From Candidatus Caldarchaeum sp. (GTDB taxonomy: Archaea; Thermoproteota; Nitrososphaeria_A; Caldarchaeales; Caldarchaeaceae): a stretch of 64,000 bases of DNA. Every line of letters starts with the position of its first letter. Position 1 is the first letter of the stretch. The translations under genes were made by a program, and so were the position numbers. The stretch spans positions 1-64,000 of the forward strand of contig JAVZZH010000004.1 in the NCBI GenBank assembly GCA_038885755.1, given 5' to 3'. Positions 9,782-19,239 of the stretch are shown here, one piece after another. The notes beneath the pieces are model-generated. The model worked only from the letters and a program-made list of their open reading frames with translations. It ran no database searches and was not told the DNA's origin.

Positions 9782-12169
9782 ATGACCACGGCAGTAATCG
9801 GTAAACCACTCAAGACAAAGGAGGGGCAGCGCCACGTAAAGGGTCTCGGCAGGTTTGTGGGCGACATACAGCTTCCCCGAACAGCTTACGCTGTTCTGGT
9901 GAGGTCTCCCTATCCTCACGCATACATCAAGTCTGTGGACGTGTCCAAGGCCTTGAAGGCCGAAGGGGTTTACGGCGTCTTCACAGGCGCAGACATAGCC
10001 TCGGCCACTAAGCCGTTTCCACAGCTAACAGTTCCGCCTGCCTCCAAGGTGGTGGACTACTCGATGGCTGTTAAGAAGGTTAGGTATGTGGGAGAGCCTG
10101 TTGCCGCAGTCGTGGCGGACAGCGTTTACCACGCCAGGGACGCAGCAGACCTCGTGGAGATAGAGTATGAGCCTTTGAAGGCTGTCACCGACCCTTTGAT
10201 GGTTTTGAACGGGGAGGGGCCTCTCATCCATGAGGAGGCAGGCACAAACATCGCGGCGGCGGTTGACTACGATTATGGAGACTACGACGAGGCCTTGAAG
10301 AACGCCGACAGAGTGATAACCGCAAAGCTTGTCTTCCACAGGTTCAGCTCAACCCCTCTCGAGCCAAACGCCGTCTTGGCGAGCTACGACGAGAACAAGG
10401 GCTACGTAATCTACTGCAACAACCAGATGCCGATGTTCCTGTCGCCGTCCATCCTACGTGCGTTAGACACCGACCTGACCCGTGTTAGGATAGTCACTCC
10501 CGACATAGGCGGAGGGTTCGGCGTGAAGATAATCAACTACACTTACATCGTGTTGGTCGCTGCTTTGTCGAAGCTCCTGAAGAGGCCCGTTAAGTGGGTT
10601 GAGACGAGGACGGAGCACATGATGGCTAGTTCTCACGGAGCCGACAGACATTTTGAGGTTGAGGCGGCTGTGAAGAACGACGGAACGCTGCTGGGGCTTA
10701 AATCAACCACCGTCGACGACATAGGCGCCTACGCAAGGCATGAGCCGGCTGGGTTAACTGTATGGGCTCAAGTCGCTTCGGGCTGCTGCAGATTCAAGCA
10801 CCTCCGTCAGAGAATGTACGCCGTTTTCACGAACAAATGCCCCGCAGGCCCTAACAGAGGGTTCTCAAGAGCCCCCCACCAGTTCATGATCGAGAGAGTC
10901 TTGGACATAGTTGCGAGGCAGCTCGGTAAAGACCCTCTGGAGGTTAGGAGGATAAACTACGTTCGGCGGGATGAACAGCCTTACACGACGTTGAACGGCT
11001 GCGTCTACGACGGTGGTGATTATTTCGGAGCTCTGGAGAAAGCGGCTTCGCTCGTCGACTACTGGGGTTGGCGCAGCAGGCAGCGGGAGCTGAGGAGCAA
11101 GGGACGGTTGATAGGCGTGGGATTAGGGGTGACGATCGATTCTGGAGCGGCCAACTTCGGCCAGGTGCGGATGCTCAACCCACAGCTGCCGAACGTCGGA
11201 ACCAGCGAGGCGGCCTCAGTTCAGCTGACTCCAGACGGCAAGGTGTTGGTCAAACTCGGCACCATCCCTCAAGGCCAGTCGCACGAAACCATCGCATCCC
11301 AGATAGTTGCAGAGGTGTTGAGAATATCCCCCGAGGACGTCGTCGTCGCCCCGGGGTTCGACTCGGAGTCCCATCCATACACCCTTCATTCAGGAACCTA
11401 CGCCAGCAGGTTCGCTGGAACGGGGATGGTCGCAGTGTTCAACGCAGCTCATAAGCTTAGGGACATGATATCTTCTGTAGCCGCAAACATACTCGAGGCA
11501 AGGAAGGAGGACATCGTGGTCGAGGACCACTCGGCCTACGTTAGGGGAGCGCCGGAGAAGAGGCTGTCGTTCAAGAGAATAGCTAGGACCGCATACGCCA
11601 ACCCGTTCGAGCTTCCAAAGGGAATGGAGCCGGGCCTCACAGCCACGGCGGTTTTCAGCCCGGATTTTAAGCCTCCTAACGAGAAGAAGATGGGCAACCT
11701 GACGCTCACATACTCCTACCAAGCTCACGCCGTCGTAGTTGAAATAGACAGGGAGACCGGTGCTGTGAAGGTTCTAGACTACGCCATCGTCGACGACTGC
11801 GGAACCGTGATAAACCCCTTGATAGTTGACGGGCAGGTTCACGGAGCTGCATACCATGGATTGGGAGCCGTGCTCTACGAGAAGTTCGAGTACGACGAGG
11901 AGGGCAACCTGCTAACATCTTCATTCATGGATTACCTAGCCCCTACGGCAGCAGAGACACCTAACTTCAAGACTGAGAGAATTTCGATCCCGTCGCCTTT
12001 CACTCCGCTGGGGGCTAAGGGTGTTGGAGAAGGCTGCGGAGCCCCTATTCCGGCCATAGTCGCCGCCGTAGAGGATGCCTTGACAGAATACAAAGCCGTC
12101 GTCCCTTCATCCCACATCAAGGCCGAGGACATCTTCCGCATCCTGGGCAAAAAAGGTCGCAACCAATAA
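9782..12169 (+). CDS. Xanthine dehydrogenase family molybdopterin-binding large subunit (CoxL/CutL-like, not form I CODH)
   Basis: RSPYPHA, GGGFGVK, QGQSHET, GTYASR, AKGVGE. The active-site loop is PNRGFSR. Confidence 0.9.
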   Translation: MTTAVIGKPLKTKEGQRHVKGLGRFVGDIQLPRTAYAVLVRSPYPHAYIKSVDVSKALKAEGVYGVFTGADIASATKPFPQLTVPPASKVVDYSMAVKKVRYVGEPVAAVVADSVYHARDAADLVEIEYEPLKAVTDPLMVLNGEGPLIHEEAGTNIAAAVDYDYGDYDEALKNADRVITAKLVFHRFSSTPLEPNAVLASYDENKGYVIYCNNQMPMFLSPSILRALDTDLTRVRIVTPDIGGGFGVKIINYTYIVLVAALSKLLKRPVKWVETRTEHMMASSHGADRHFEVEAAVKNDGTLLGLKSTTVDDIGAYARHEPAGLTVWAQVASGCCRFKHLRQRMYAVFTNKCPAGPNRGFSRAPHQFMIERVLDIVARQLGKDPLEVRRINYVRRDEQPYTTLNGCVYDGGDYFGALEKAASLVDYWGWRSRQRELRSKGRLIGVGLGVTIDSGAANFGQVRMLNPQLPNVGTSEAASVQLTPDGKVLVKLGTIPQGQSHETIASQIVAEVLRISPEDVVVAPGFDSESHPYTLHSGTYASRFAGTGMVAVFNAAHKLRDMISSVAANILEARKEDIVVEDHSAYVRGAPEKRLSFKRIARTAYANPFELPKGMEPGLTATAVFSPDFKPPNEKKMGNLTLTYSYQAHAVVVEIDRETGAVKVLDYAIVDDCGTVINPLIVDGQVHGAAYHGLGAVLYEKFEYDEEGNLLTSSFMDYLAPTAAETPNFKTERISIPSPFTPLGAKGVGEGCGAPIPAIVAAVEDALTEYKAVVPSSHIKAEDIFRILGKKGRNQ

Positions 12170-12192
12170 ATCCCGGCGAGAAGGTCGAGGCT

Positions 12193-13377
12193 GTGATGTT
12201 CAAGGTGTCTGTCTCGGCTTACGCAGAGACGCCTGTCAGCCGTGCACGGGTAGACAAGGGCGAGCAGAAGCTTACTCTCGAGGAATACTACGCATGGGCC
12301 CTCAGCCTTGTCTTGAAACAGTCCGGTCTCACGCTGAAAGACTTGAGGGGGCAGGGAGTAGGCGTGGCTGGTTCAGCCTATCCTCGGGCGGAGATCTGGT
12401 CGGCCGAGGTTGTTCAAAACCTAGGGCTTCAGCCGAAGCTTCTGACCCGTGCAGACCACGGGGGAGCTAATGGGGCTGCGCTGCTGGTTCTGGGGGCGCT
12501 GGCTATACATTCAGGCTATGTCGAGCACTTCCTGATACTCGGAGCCGACACGCCGATGAACATATCCGGAGAGGGCTCGGCGACTTGGAGGTATGAGCTG
12601 GACTACTTGATGCCCGTCGGCATGATGGGGCCCAACAGCATGGCAGCCATGATGATGCGTCGTCAGATGGACGTCTACGGCTACAAGCCCGAACACTACG
12701 GAAGGGTTTCGGTGGCTCAGAGGCTCAACGCGTCGAAAAACCCCAACGCCTACTTCAAGACGCCTCTCAAGCTGGACGAGTACCTAGCGTCTCCCATGAT
12801 ATCAGACCCGCTCCGAATGCTCGACATCTGTCCATTCGTCAACGGCGGGTTCGCGTTGCTGCTTTCGAGAAGCGACTTGGCGACCAAGCTGACGGATAAA
12901 CCCGTACGGGTTGTAGGGGTCGGGGAGTGGCACAACTCCGACGCAGACAGCCGTCTACCAGACATCACAACCACAGGGCTGAAGAAAGCTTCCGACCAAG
13001 CCTACCGGATGAGCGGCCTCAAACCCTCGAGGATGAGCTTCGTCAACGTCTACGACGACTACACACCCGTAGTCCTCATGCAGCTTGAGGACGCTGGGTT
13101 CTGCGAAAAAGGTAAGGCCTCCAGCTTCCTTGAAGACAACGACATCACCTATGCGGGAAGCCTTCCAGTCAACACGGGTGGAGGACTTTTGTCGTATGGG
13201 CAGGCGGGGATGGCGGGCGGTCTTCATCATCTAGTCGAGGCTGTCAGGCAGCTGAGGGGTGAGGCTGGGGAGAGGCAGGTGAAAGACGCTAGGTATGGAA
13301 TGGTCACGGCTCTCGGCGCCCTCGCTCACGGAGGCACGTTCGTCAACACCTACGCTGTAATCATGGAGGCTGGGTGA
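12193..13377 (+). CDS. Thiolase-superfamily protein (SCP2/Ltp2-like)
   Basis: NASKNPNA, YDDYT, PVNTGGGLLS, EAVRQLRGEAGERQV. Confidence 0.88.
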   Translation: MMFKVSVSAYAETPVSRARVDKGEQKLTLEEYYAWALSLVLKQSGLTLKDLRGQGVGVAGSAYPRAEIWSAEVVQNLGLQPKLLTRADHGGANGAALLVLGALAIHSGYVEHFLILGADTPMNISGEGSATWRYELDYLMPVGMMGPNSMAAMMMRRQMDVYGYKPEHYGRVSVAQRLNASKNPNAYFKTPLKLDEYLASPMISDPLRMLDICPFVNGGFALLLSRSDLATKLTDKPVRVVGVGEWHNSDADSRLPDITTTGLKKASDQAYRMSGLKPSRMSFVNVYDDYTPVVLMQLEDAGFCEKGKASSFLEDNDITYAGSLPVNTGGGLLSYGQAGMAGGLHHLVEAVRQLRGEAGERQVKDARYGMVTALGALAHGGTFVNTYAVIMEAG

Positions 13378-13380
13378 GAG

Positions 13381-13797
13381 ATGAGCGAGTACAAGCGACC
13401 CCTACCTCAAGTCCACGACTATACACGCCCGTTCTGGGAGGCTGCTAAGAAAGGCGTGCTAAGCCTTCAGAGATGCAGGGTCTGCGGCGCATACAGGTGG
13501 TACCCGAGGCCCTCATGCGTGGAATGCGGCTCGTTGGAGTTCGACTGGACGCCGTCGAAGGGTGAAGGAACGATTTACTCGTTCACAGTAATCAGGAGGG
13601 TTGTGGCTAACTCGCCCGACTTCCAGAGAGACATACCTTTCACAGTCGCCGAGGTTGACTTGGATGAAGGCGTGAGGGTCTACGGCAGGGTTGAGGGTGT
13701 AAGCCCTGAAGAAGTTAGGACGGGTATGAGGGTCAAGGTAGTTTTCGAGCCCGCCACCAACGACATAACTCTCTACAAATTCACGCCTTTGAGATGA
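13381..13797 (+). CDS. DUF35 Zn-ribbon/OB-fold protein (thiolase partner)
   Basis: CRVC...CVEC, G.IYSFT, directly after the thiolase. Confidence 0.9.
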   Translation: MSEYKRPLPQVHDYTRPFWEAAKKGVLSLQRCRVCGAYRWYPRPSCVECGSLEFDWTPSKGEGTIYSFTVIRRVVANSPDFQRDIPFTVAEVDLDEGVRVYGRVEGVSPEEVRTGMRVKVVFEPATNDITLYKFTPLR

Positions 13798-14228
13798 CAG
13801 TCCACGTTGAAAGGTTCAGGGTGGGATTCCAGGACACAGACTCGACCACCCGAATCTACTTCCCCACCTACGTCAGATGGTTCGACATGGCTTTCATCGA
13901 GTTCCTCCGGAAAAACGGAGTGGTCTTCGATGCTTCCGGCAAGATCGTCTTCCAGAACCAAGTCCTCGACGAAACTCTGGTCATCGGCGAGTACGGATGC
14001 CGCATCCTCAAGCCTTCAAAGTACGACGACCTTCTGGAGGTCAGGGTCTCCATCACCGAGCTGAGGGATAAGGTGGTTAGGGCTGATTTCACCCTCACGA
14101 GCGTGGACACAGGCGGAGAGCTTTCCAGAGGATGGATAACTTACGTCTGCGTAGACACGGGCTCGGGCCGGTCCTCGCCGTTTCCAAACGAGCTGCGAAG
14201 AATGTTTGAGGCAAGTAGAAACAAATAA
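13794..14228 (+). CDS. Acyl-CoA thioesterase (4HBT/FcbC hotdog family)
   Basis: VGFQDTDS...YFPTYVRWFD. Confidence 0.85.
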   Translation: MTVHVERFRVGFQDTDSTTRIYFPTYVRWFDMAFIEFLRKNGVVFDASGKIVFQNQVLDETLVIGEYGCRILKPSKYDDLLEVRVSITELRDKVVRADFTLTSVDTGGELSRGWITYVCVDTGSGRSSPFPNELRRMFEASRNK

Positions 14229-14251
14229 CATAATATATCTTCTTTCCAGGC

Positions 14252-14950
14252 TTGTCAACCGATGGCATGACCCCGCTCGAGGTCGGCGCAGTCGTCTTCA
14301 CCGTTCTCACGGCTTTGGTGGCGCTTTTTTCACTCGCCAGCATCAAGAAGCCTCCCACCACGCAGAGGGTTGAATGGCCCTATGCCGTGCTCGGTGTAGA
14401 CCCGGGCGCCCCCATCAACCTCGTCAAAAAATCCTACCGCGAAATGGTTAAAAGGTATCATCCCGACAGGCTTCCATCCAACAGCTCACCCCAAGTAAAG
14501 AGGTTGTTCGAGGAACGGTTGATCCAGTTAAACTCGGCCTACAAGACGATCATGGCTCTGTACAACGAAAAGTCGCCGCAGCCTAAGGTCTCGGAGAACG
14601 ACCTGAAGCTTGTCGACGAGATGGTCCAGAAGCTGGAGGAGATGATTGAGAAGATGAGCCAGCCGGCGGAGGTCGTTGAACAGGCTTACAGAACAGCTGA
14701 GGCCCTTGTGAAGCTGGTTCACGGCTCGGCTGGACTGGTTGGGCGGGGGGATAACTACTACGATATGCTTACAGACTTGATGATGAACGACCTGATTACG
14801 CTCGAGCAGTTTAACACCTTGGTAGACATACGGAAGCTTTGGAAAAAGACGGAGAAGACAAGCCTCAAGGACGCGGCGGCCGCGGCCCGCCGAGTCAAGT
14901 GGGTTTATCTAAAAATACGTGAGAGATACTTGTTGAACGCCGATGCCTGA
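14252..14950 (+). CDS. Membrane-anchored J-domain (DnaJ-like) protein
   Basis: N-terminal TM, PYAVLGV...KRYHPDR...LNSAY J-domain. Confidence 0.82.
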   Translation: MSTDGMTPLEVGAVVFTVLTALVALFSLASIKKPPTTQRVEWPYAVLGVDPGAPINLVKKSYREMVKRYHPDRLPSNSSPQVKRLFEERLIQLNSAYKTIMALYNEKSPQPKVSENDLKLVDEMVQKLEEMIEKMSQPAEVVEQAYRTAEALVKLVHGSAGLVGRGDNYYDMLTDLMMNDLITLEQFNTLVDIRKLWKKTEKTSLKDAAAAARRVKWVYLKIRERYLLNADA

Positions 14951-15659
14951 CGTCTGCGTAGTCATTCCGACTTACAACGAAGCTGAGAACATCGAGAACC
15001 TCGTAAACAAGGTGTTGACCGTCGCTGGCTCGAGCATAATCGTGGTTGACGACGGCAGCCCCGACGGAACCTCTAGAGTGGTTGAAAAGATTGCTCAGCG
15101 GGATCGGAGGGTGAGGCTGCTGAACAGGGGGAGGAAGATGGGGCTGGGTTCTGCCTACAGGGACGGGTTCAGGCTAGCTCTTGAATCTAAAGCTAGAGTT
15201 ATAGTCTCGATGGACGCCGACGGCTCGCATCCCCCGGAGCTGATACCGATGCTGGTCAAAGCCGTTGAGGAGGAGGCCGACGTAGCGGTGGCGTCGCGCT
15301 ACGTAGCCGGAGGAAGCTGGTCGGCTGGACGGGGCAGGATGGTTGTAAGCCGGGGAGCCAACCTGCTGGCTCGACTCTGCACGGGCGTCAGGCTTAAGGA
15401 CATGACGTCAGGCTTCAGAGCCTACAGCTCGAAGGCGGTGGAAAGCCTCCTAGAGGAAGAATTTCCATCAGGCTACGTATTCCAAGTCGACGTTATATAC
15501 AGACTCGTCAGACGCGGCTTCAAGGTGGTTGAAATCCCCTTCATATTCACGGAAAGAGTTTCAGGCAGGTCTAAGCTTTCGACGGCTGAAATAATCCGAT
15601 TCATCGCCGCCTGCCTTAAAATCTTAGCATCACGAATAACAGGGGAAGACCGTCGATGA
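14943..15659 (+). CDS. Polyprenol/dolichol-phosphate mannosyltransferase (GT2, DPM1-like)
   Basis: IPTYNEAEN, VDDGSPDGT, MDADGSH, DMTSGFRAY. Confidence 0.9.
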   Translation: MPDVCVVIPTYNEAENIENLVNKVLTVAGSSIIVVDDGSPDGTSRVVEKIAQRDRRVRLLNRGRKMGLGSAYRDGFRLALESKARVIVSMDADGSHPPELIPMLVKAVEEEADVAVASRYVAGGSWSAGRGRMVVSRGANLLARLCTGVRLKDMTSGFRAYSSKAVESLLEEEFPSGYVFQVDVIYRLVRRGFKVVEIPFIFTERVSGRSKLSTAEIIRFIAACLKILASRITGEDRR

Positions 15660-16633
15660 AGCTGGGCGACCTCGGAGAACGCTATCTCATCAACTACATC
15701 CTCGACAGGGCTTTAGCGGGGCAGGATATGATGCTGCCCAAAGGAGACGACGCCGCTGCCTTCTGGTTTAACGGGTTGATGGTTGCTTGCGTCGACATGC
15801 TTGTGTGGGAGACAGACGTGCCTCCCGGAATGACGTGGTTTCAAGCCGGGCGGAAGGCCGTGGTCGCAGCCGTAAGCGACGCCGCGTCGAAGGGAGCAAG
15901 GCCCAAGTTTCTCCTTGTTTCGCTGGGTCTAAGCCCTGAGATGGATTTCGAGGACTTCAAACAGCTCGTCGAAGGAATCAGCCAAGCGGCTGAAGGCTAT
16001 GGAGCCATGGTTGTCGGCGGAGACTTGAACGAGCAGAGGTCGCCGAGTGTCTCTGTGGCGGTCATGGCTTCAGCCAAATCCCTGATGAGCAGGCGTGGAG
16101 CGAGGCCGGGCGACCTCGTCGCCGCGACAGGCTTTTTCGGCAAGACGTATGCAGGGCTTCACGCATCCATGCACCGACTCGAAGCCAGCCCCAGCCTGCT
16201 GAAAGCCATCCACGAGCCCGAGGCCAGAGTAGTTGAAGGGGTGGCCCTAGCAGAGTCAGGCGGCGTGTCAGCATGCATCGACTCCAGCGACGGCCTAGCG
16301 GAGTCTCTCTATCTATTGGCTGAGGCGAGCGGGGTGGGTATTGTCGTTGATAGCCTGCCTGTTGACGGCGAGGCCGAGGCTTATTGTGTGGAGCACGGTC
16401 TAAGCGTCTACGACGCTGTCTTCTACGGAGGCGAGGAGTATGAGCTTGTCTTCACGGTCAAGAGTGGCTGGGAGAAGGTTGTCGAGTACTGCTTGAAGAA
16501 ACTCGGCAGAGATTTCAAGCCTTTTGGACGGGTGGTTTCGGAGCCGGGTGTTTACTACGTCGACGCGGGGGGGAGACGTCTGGTTGAGAGAAGAGGCTGG
16601 CAGCACTTCAACCTGTTCCGTAAACCTGTTTGA
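15656..16633 (+). CDS. thiL: Thiamine-monophosphate kinase
   Basis: GDDAA, VSDAASKGA, GGD, IDSSDGL, GGEEYELVFT. Confidence 0.92.
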   Translation: MKLGDLGERYLINYILDRALAGQDMMLPKGDDAAAFWFNGLMVACVDMLVWETDVPPGMTWFQAGRKAVVAAVSDAASKGARPKFLLVSLGLSPEMDFEDFKQLVEGISQAAEGYGAMVVGGDLNEQRSPSVSVAVMASAKSLMSRRGARPGDLVAATGFFGKTYAGLHASMHRLEASPSLLKAIHEPEARVVEGVALAESGGVSACIDSSDGLAESLYLLAEASGVGIVVDSLPVDGEAEAYCVEHGLSVYDAVFYGGEEYELVFTVKSGWEKVVEYCLKKLGRDFKPFGRVVSEPGVYYVDAGGRRLVERRGWQHFNLFRKPV

Positions 16634-17132
16634 ACAAGAGTAAGGACGCTATGGTCTTCGCATCACGTATCTTCCCCGACAAAACCATCTCGACAACCTC
16701 TCCCAAACCGGTCTCGAAAACACTTATCTGCTCATCCTCAGCTGTTCTGGCAGAAGTTCTCGTAAGCTTCCATGCAGTAAAGACGTGAAGCAGCTCGGTC
16801 GAGTATCCGGGTGCGAGGTAGAACTCGGCGAGCTTCTGAAGCTTGTCGGCTCTGTATCCAACCTCCTCCTCTAGCTCCCGACGGGCACATTCCTCGGGAG
16901 ATTCGTCCTCGATCGTTCCTGCAGGAACCTCGACAAGCCACTCTCGAGCCGCATGCCTGTATTGACGAATCAACACGATACGGCCGTCGTCGAGCACCGG
17001 GACTATCGCCACCGCTCCGGGATGAACAACCAGTTCTCTGACAAAACTTCTCCTCCTTCCCTCCACCTCTTCACGCAGGACGTCGAACAAAATCCCGCGG
17101 TACACTGTCTCCGACTTGGTCGTTCTGAACAC
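16608..17132 (-). CDS. NUDIX hydrolase (ADP-ribose pyrophosphatase-like)
   Basis: Nudix box PAGTIEDESPEECARRELEEEVGY, RQYR, IRDAKT. Start trimmed to GTG 17132. Confidence 0.9.
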   Translation of the reverse strand: MFRTTKSETVYRGILFDVLREEVEGRRRSFVRELVVHPGAVAIVPVLDDGRIVLIRQYRHAAREWLVEVPAGTIEDESPEECARRELEEEVGYRADKLQKLAEFYLAPGYSTELLHVFTAWKLTRTSARTAEDEQISVFETGLGEVVEMVLSGKIRDAKTIASLLLFKQVYGTG

Positions 17133-17172
17133 GTGTTTTCTTTGCAGGACTAGTTTATTAATTAGCTTTAAA

Positions 17173-17205
17173 TTTAGGCACATCCTTATTTCGGTCATGC
17201 CTAAA
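17173..17205. promoter_or_regulatory. Two tandem DtxR/MntR-like operator palindromes (TTTAGG-N5-CCTAAA type)
   Basis: TTTAGG-CACAT-CCTTAT (17173-17189) and TTTCGG-TCATG-CCTAAA (17189-17205) lie directly after a TTTAAA TATA box and overlap the regulator start. Confidence 0.6.
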
Positions 17206-17622
17206 ATGGAGCTCAACTCGGTCGAAACAACATACCTGCAGGAGCTGTATAGAACGCATGAAGCCAAAACACCGGTCTCAACAGGATACCTAGCCAAAAA
17301 ATTCATGGTCAGGCCTGCCTCAGCCTTCGACGTCATCGACAGGCTTGTGAGGAAGAAGCTGGTCGAGAGGACGGGCTGGGGGAAGTTTAGGCTCACCAGC
17401 CGTGGACACATGGTAGCCGCTAGAATAATCCACAACCACCGAATAATCGAAACCTACTTCAGCATACATCTCGGCCTCTCGCCTTCAGACGCATGCCAGC
17501 AGGCCTCACGGATCGACTACGCCATAGGCGACCTAGTCGTGAAGAAGATGTGCATGAGGCTCAACTATCCGTCTGTCTGCATCCACGGAAATGAGGTGAA
17601 GCATCAAAAATGCGCAGATTAG
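17197..17622 (+). CDS. DtxR/MntR family metal-dependent transcriptional repressor
   Basis: YLQELY, wHTH, HNHRIIE, PSVCIHG. Confidence 0.88.
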   Translation: MPKMELNSVETTYLQELYRTHEAKTPVSTGYLAKKFMVRPASAFDVIDRLVRKKLVERTGWGKFRLTSRGHMVAARIIHNHRIIETYFSIHLGLSPSDACQQASRIDYAIGDLVVKKMCMRLNYPSVCIHGNEVKHQKCAD

Positions 17623-18500
17623 TTCTCCTGTCGGTGGTCGTAGTCCTTATATCGGCCGCGGCGTTTGCAGGCCTACTCCTAACTCCGACCACGCAAAACA
17701 AACAACAGCCCAGCGTAGCTGTAACTATTGGGCTTTTGGGGGAGCTGGCGAGCAGGCTGACGGAGGGCCAGGTGGATGTTTATCAAATCCTGCCACCGGG
17801 TGTTGAGCTTCACGACTGGGAGCCGACGCCCGACGTCTTCGAGAAGGCTGGAAGGGCTAGGGTTTTGGTCTGGCTTCTAGAGGACCTCGACGGATGGGGT
17901 GATAAAATAGCTAGGAACGCTAGAGTCGAGTCTTACAGGGCTGGAACAGGGCTTGAGTTGATAGCTCTGGACCACCATGCTTTTGACGTCCACGTCTGGC
18001 TTAACCCTAGAAACACAGCCAGAGTAGTTGAAAACATGGCGGCGATGCTTTCGGAAAAGTTTCCCGACCTCCGACCCGTGATACAGCGGAGCTCAGCCGC
18101 TCTGCTCGACGAGCTGAACCAGCTCGACCGTGAATTCTCGTCCAAGCTCTCGGCGCACCGTGGCAAGACCATCATCACGCAGCACGATGCCTTCAGGTAT
18201 CTTGCAGACGCATACGGTTTGAAGGTTGTCGCAGTCCTCGGAGGACACGAGGAGGAGCCGTCGGCCGCACACATAAAGGAAATCTACGAAGTCATAGAAA
18301 CCGAAAACATAAAAGTGATATTTGCGGAAGACGACTTCGTGAACCCCATTCTAGCGACCATCTCGAGGGACACCGGAGTCGAGGTCAGAATGCTTTACAC
18401 CGGCGAGGGGTTGAATCATGACGATTATAGGAAGGGCAAAGGCTACGTAAACATTATGAGGTCCAACCTAGAGGCCTTGTTAGATGCGTTCGAGCGGTGA
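17610..18500 (+). CDS. Zn/Mn ABC transporter substrate-binding protein (ZnuA/TroA family)
   Basis: ELHDWEP, DVHVWLNP, QHDAFRYL, EEPS. Confidence 0.92.
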   Translation: MRRLVLLSVVVVLISAAAFAGLLLTPTTQNKQQPSVAVTIGLLGELASRLTEGQVDVYQILPPGVELHDWEPTPDVFEKAGRARVLVWLLEDLDGWGDKIARNARVESYRAGTGLELIALDHHAFDVHVWLNPRNTARVVENMAAMLSEKFPDLRPVIQRSSAALLDELNQLDREFSSKLSAHRGKTIITQHDAFRYLADAYGLKVVAVLGGHEEEPSAAHIKEIYEVIETENIKVIFAEDDFVNPILATISRDTGVEVRMLYTGEGLNHDDYRKGKGYVNIMRSNLEALLDAFER

Positions 18501-19239
18501 AGCGGTCGTCGAGTTTGAAAACGTCACGATCTCCTATAGTAGGGGATACCCCGTTCTTTCCGACGTGAGTCTTAAAATTTTCGAAGGAGAGAGAGTTTTC
18601 GTCCTAGGCCCGAACGGCGGAGGCAAGACCACGATGCTTAGGACCGTGATGGGCTTGCTGAAGCCGGACAAGGGTGTTGTAAGGCTTTTCGGAAAGGAGG
18701 TCTCGAGGTTCAGGGACTGGTGGAGGATTGGGTACGTCCCGCAGAACGTTGTCTCGCTATTCGAGAAGATTCCCGCAAGCGTTGAGGAGCTACTGTCCTC
18801 CGGCTCCGTCAGAGGAAGATGCATGAAGCCCGTTGAAGCCTTGGATTTGGCGGGTGTTGAGGAGCCGGAGAAAATTCTAGGAAAGAGGATTTCAGACCTT
18901 TCGGGTGGAAACCTCCAGAAGGTCATGCTAGCTCTTGCTTTAATCAACAACCCCGAACTCCTGCTGCTGGACGAGCCTACTGTCTACGTCGACCAACATG
19001 GGCTGAACGCATTCTACCAAGTTTTGAACAGGCTTTATCGAGAATGGGGGTTGACGATGGTCATAGCGACACACGACATAGCCGCTGTCTCAACACTGGC
19101 GTCTCGAGTCATCTGCATAAACAAGTCTGCTCTCTACGACGGCGACATATCCGACCTTCTCGCCTCGGAACAGCTGTGCAACGTCTACGGCTTCCACGTG
19201 TATAGTCTCCGGCATGGACATAGATGGAGTGAAAAATGA
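18484..19239 (+). CDS. Zn/Mn ABC transporter ATP-binding protein (ZnuC-like)
   Basis: GPNGGGKTT, IGYVPQ, LSGG, His-rich C-terminus. Confidence 0.9.
   Translation: MRSSGEAVVEFENVTISYSRGYPVLSDVSLKIFEGERVFVLGPNGGGKTTMLRTVMGLLKPDKGVVRLFGKEVSRFRDWWRIGYVPQNVVSLFEKIPASVEELLSSGSVRGRCMKPVEALDLAGVEEPEKILGKRISDLSGGNLQKVMLALALINNPELLLLDEPTVYVDQHGLNAFYQVLNRLYREWGLTMVIATHDIAAVSTLASRVICINKSALYDGDISDLLASEQLCNVYGFHVYSLRHGHRWSEK

Noticed and set aside
9782-12169. Aerobic CO dehydrogenase CoxL
   Set aside because: Lacks the AYxCSFR signature and has no coxM/coxS neighbours.
17133-17435. Long N-terminal extension of the NUDIX ORF
   Set aside because: It is antisense to the DtxR gene and crosses the promoter region.
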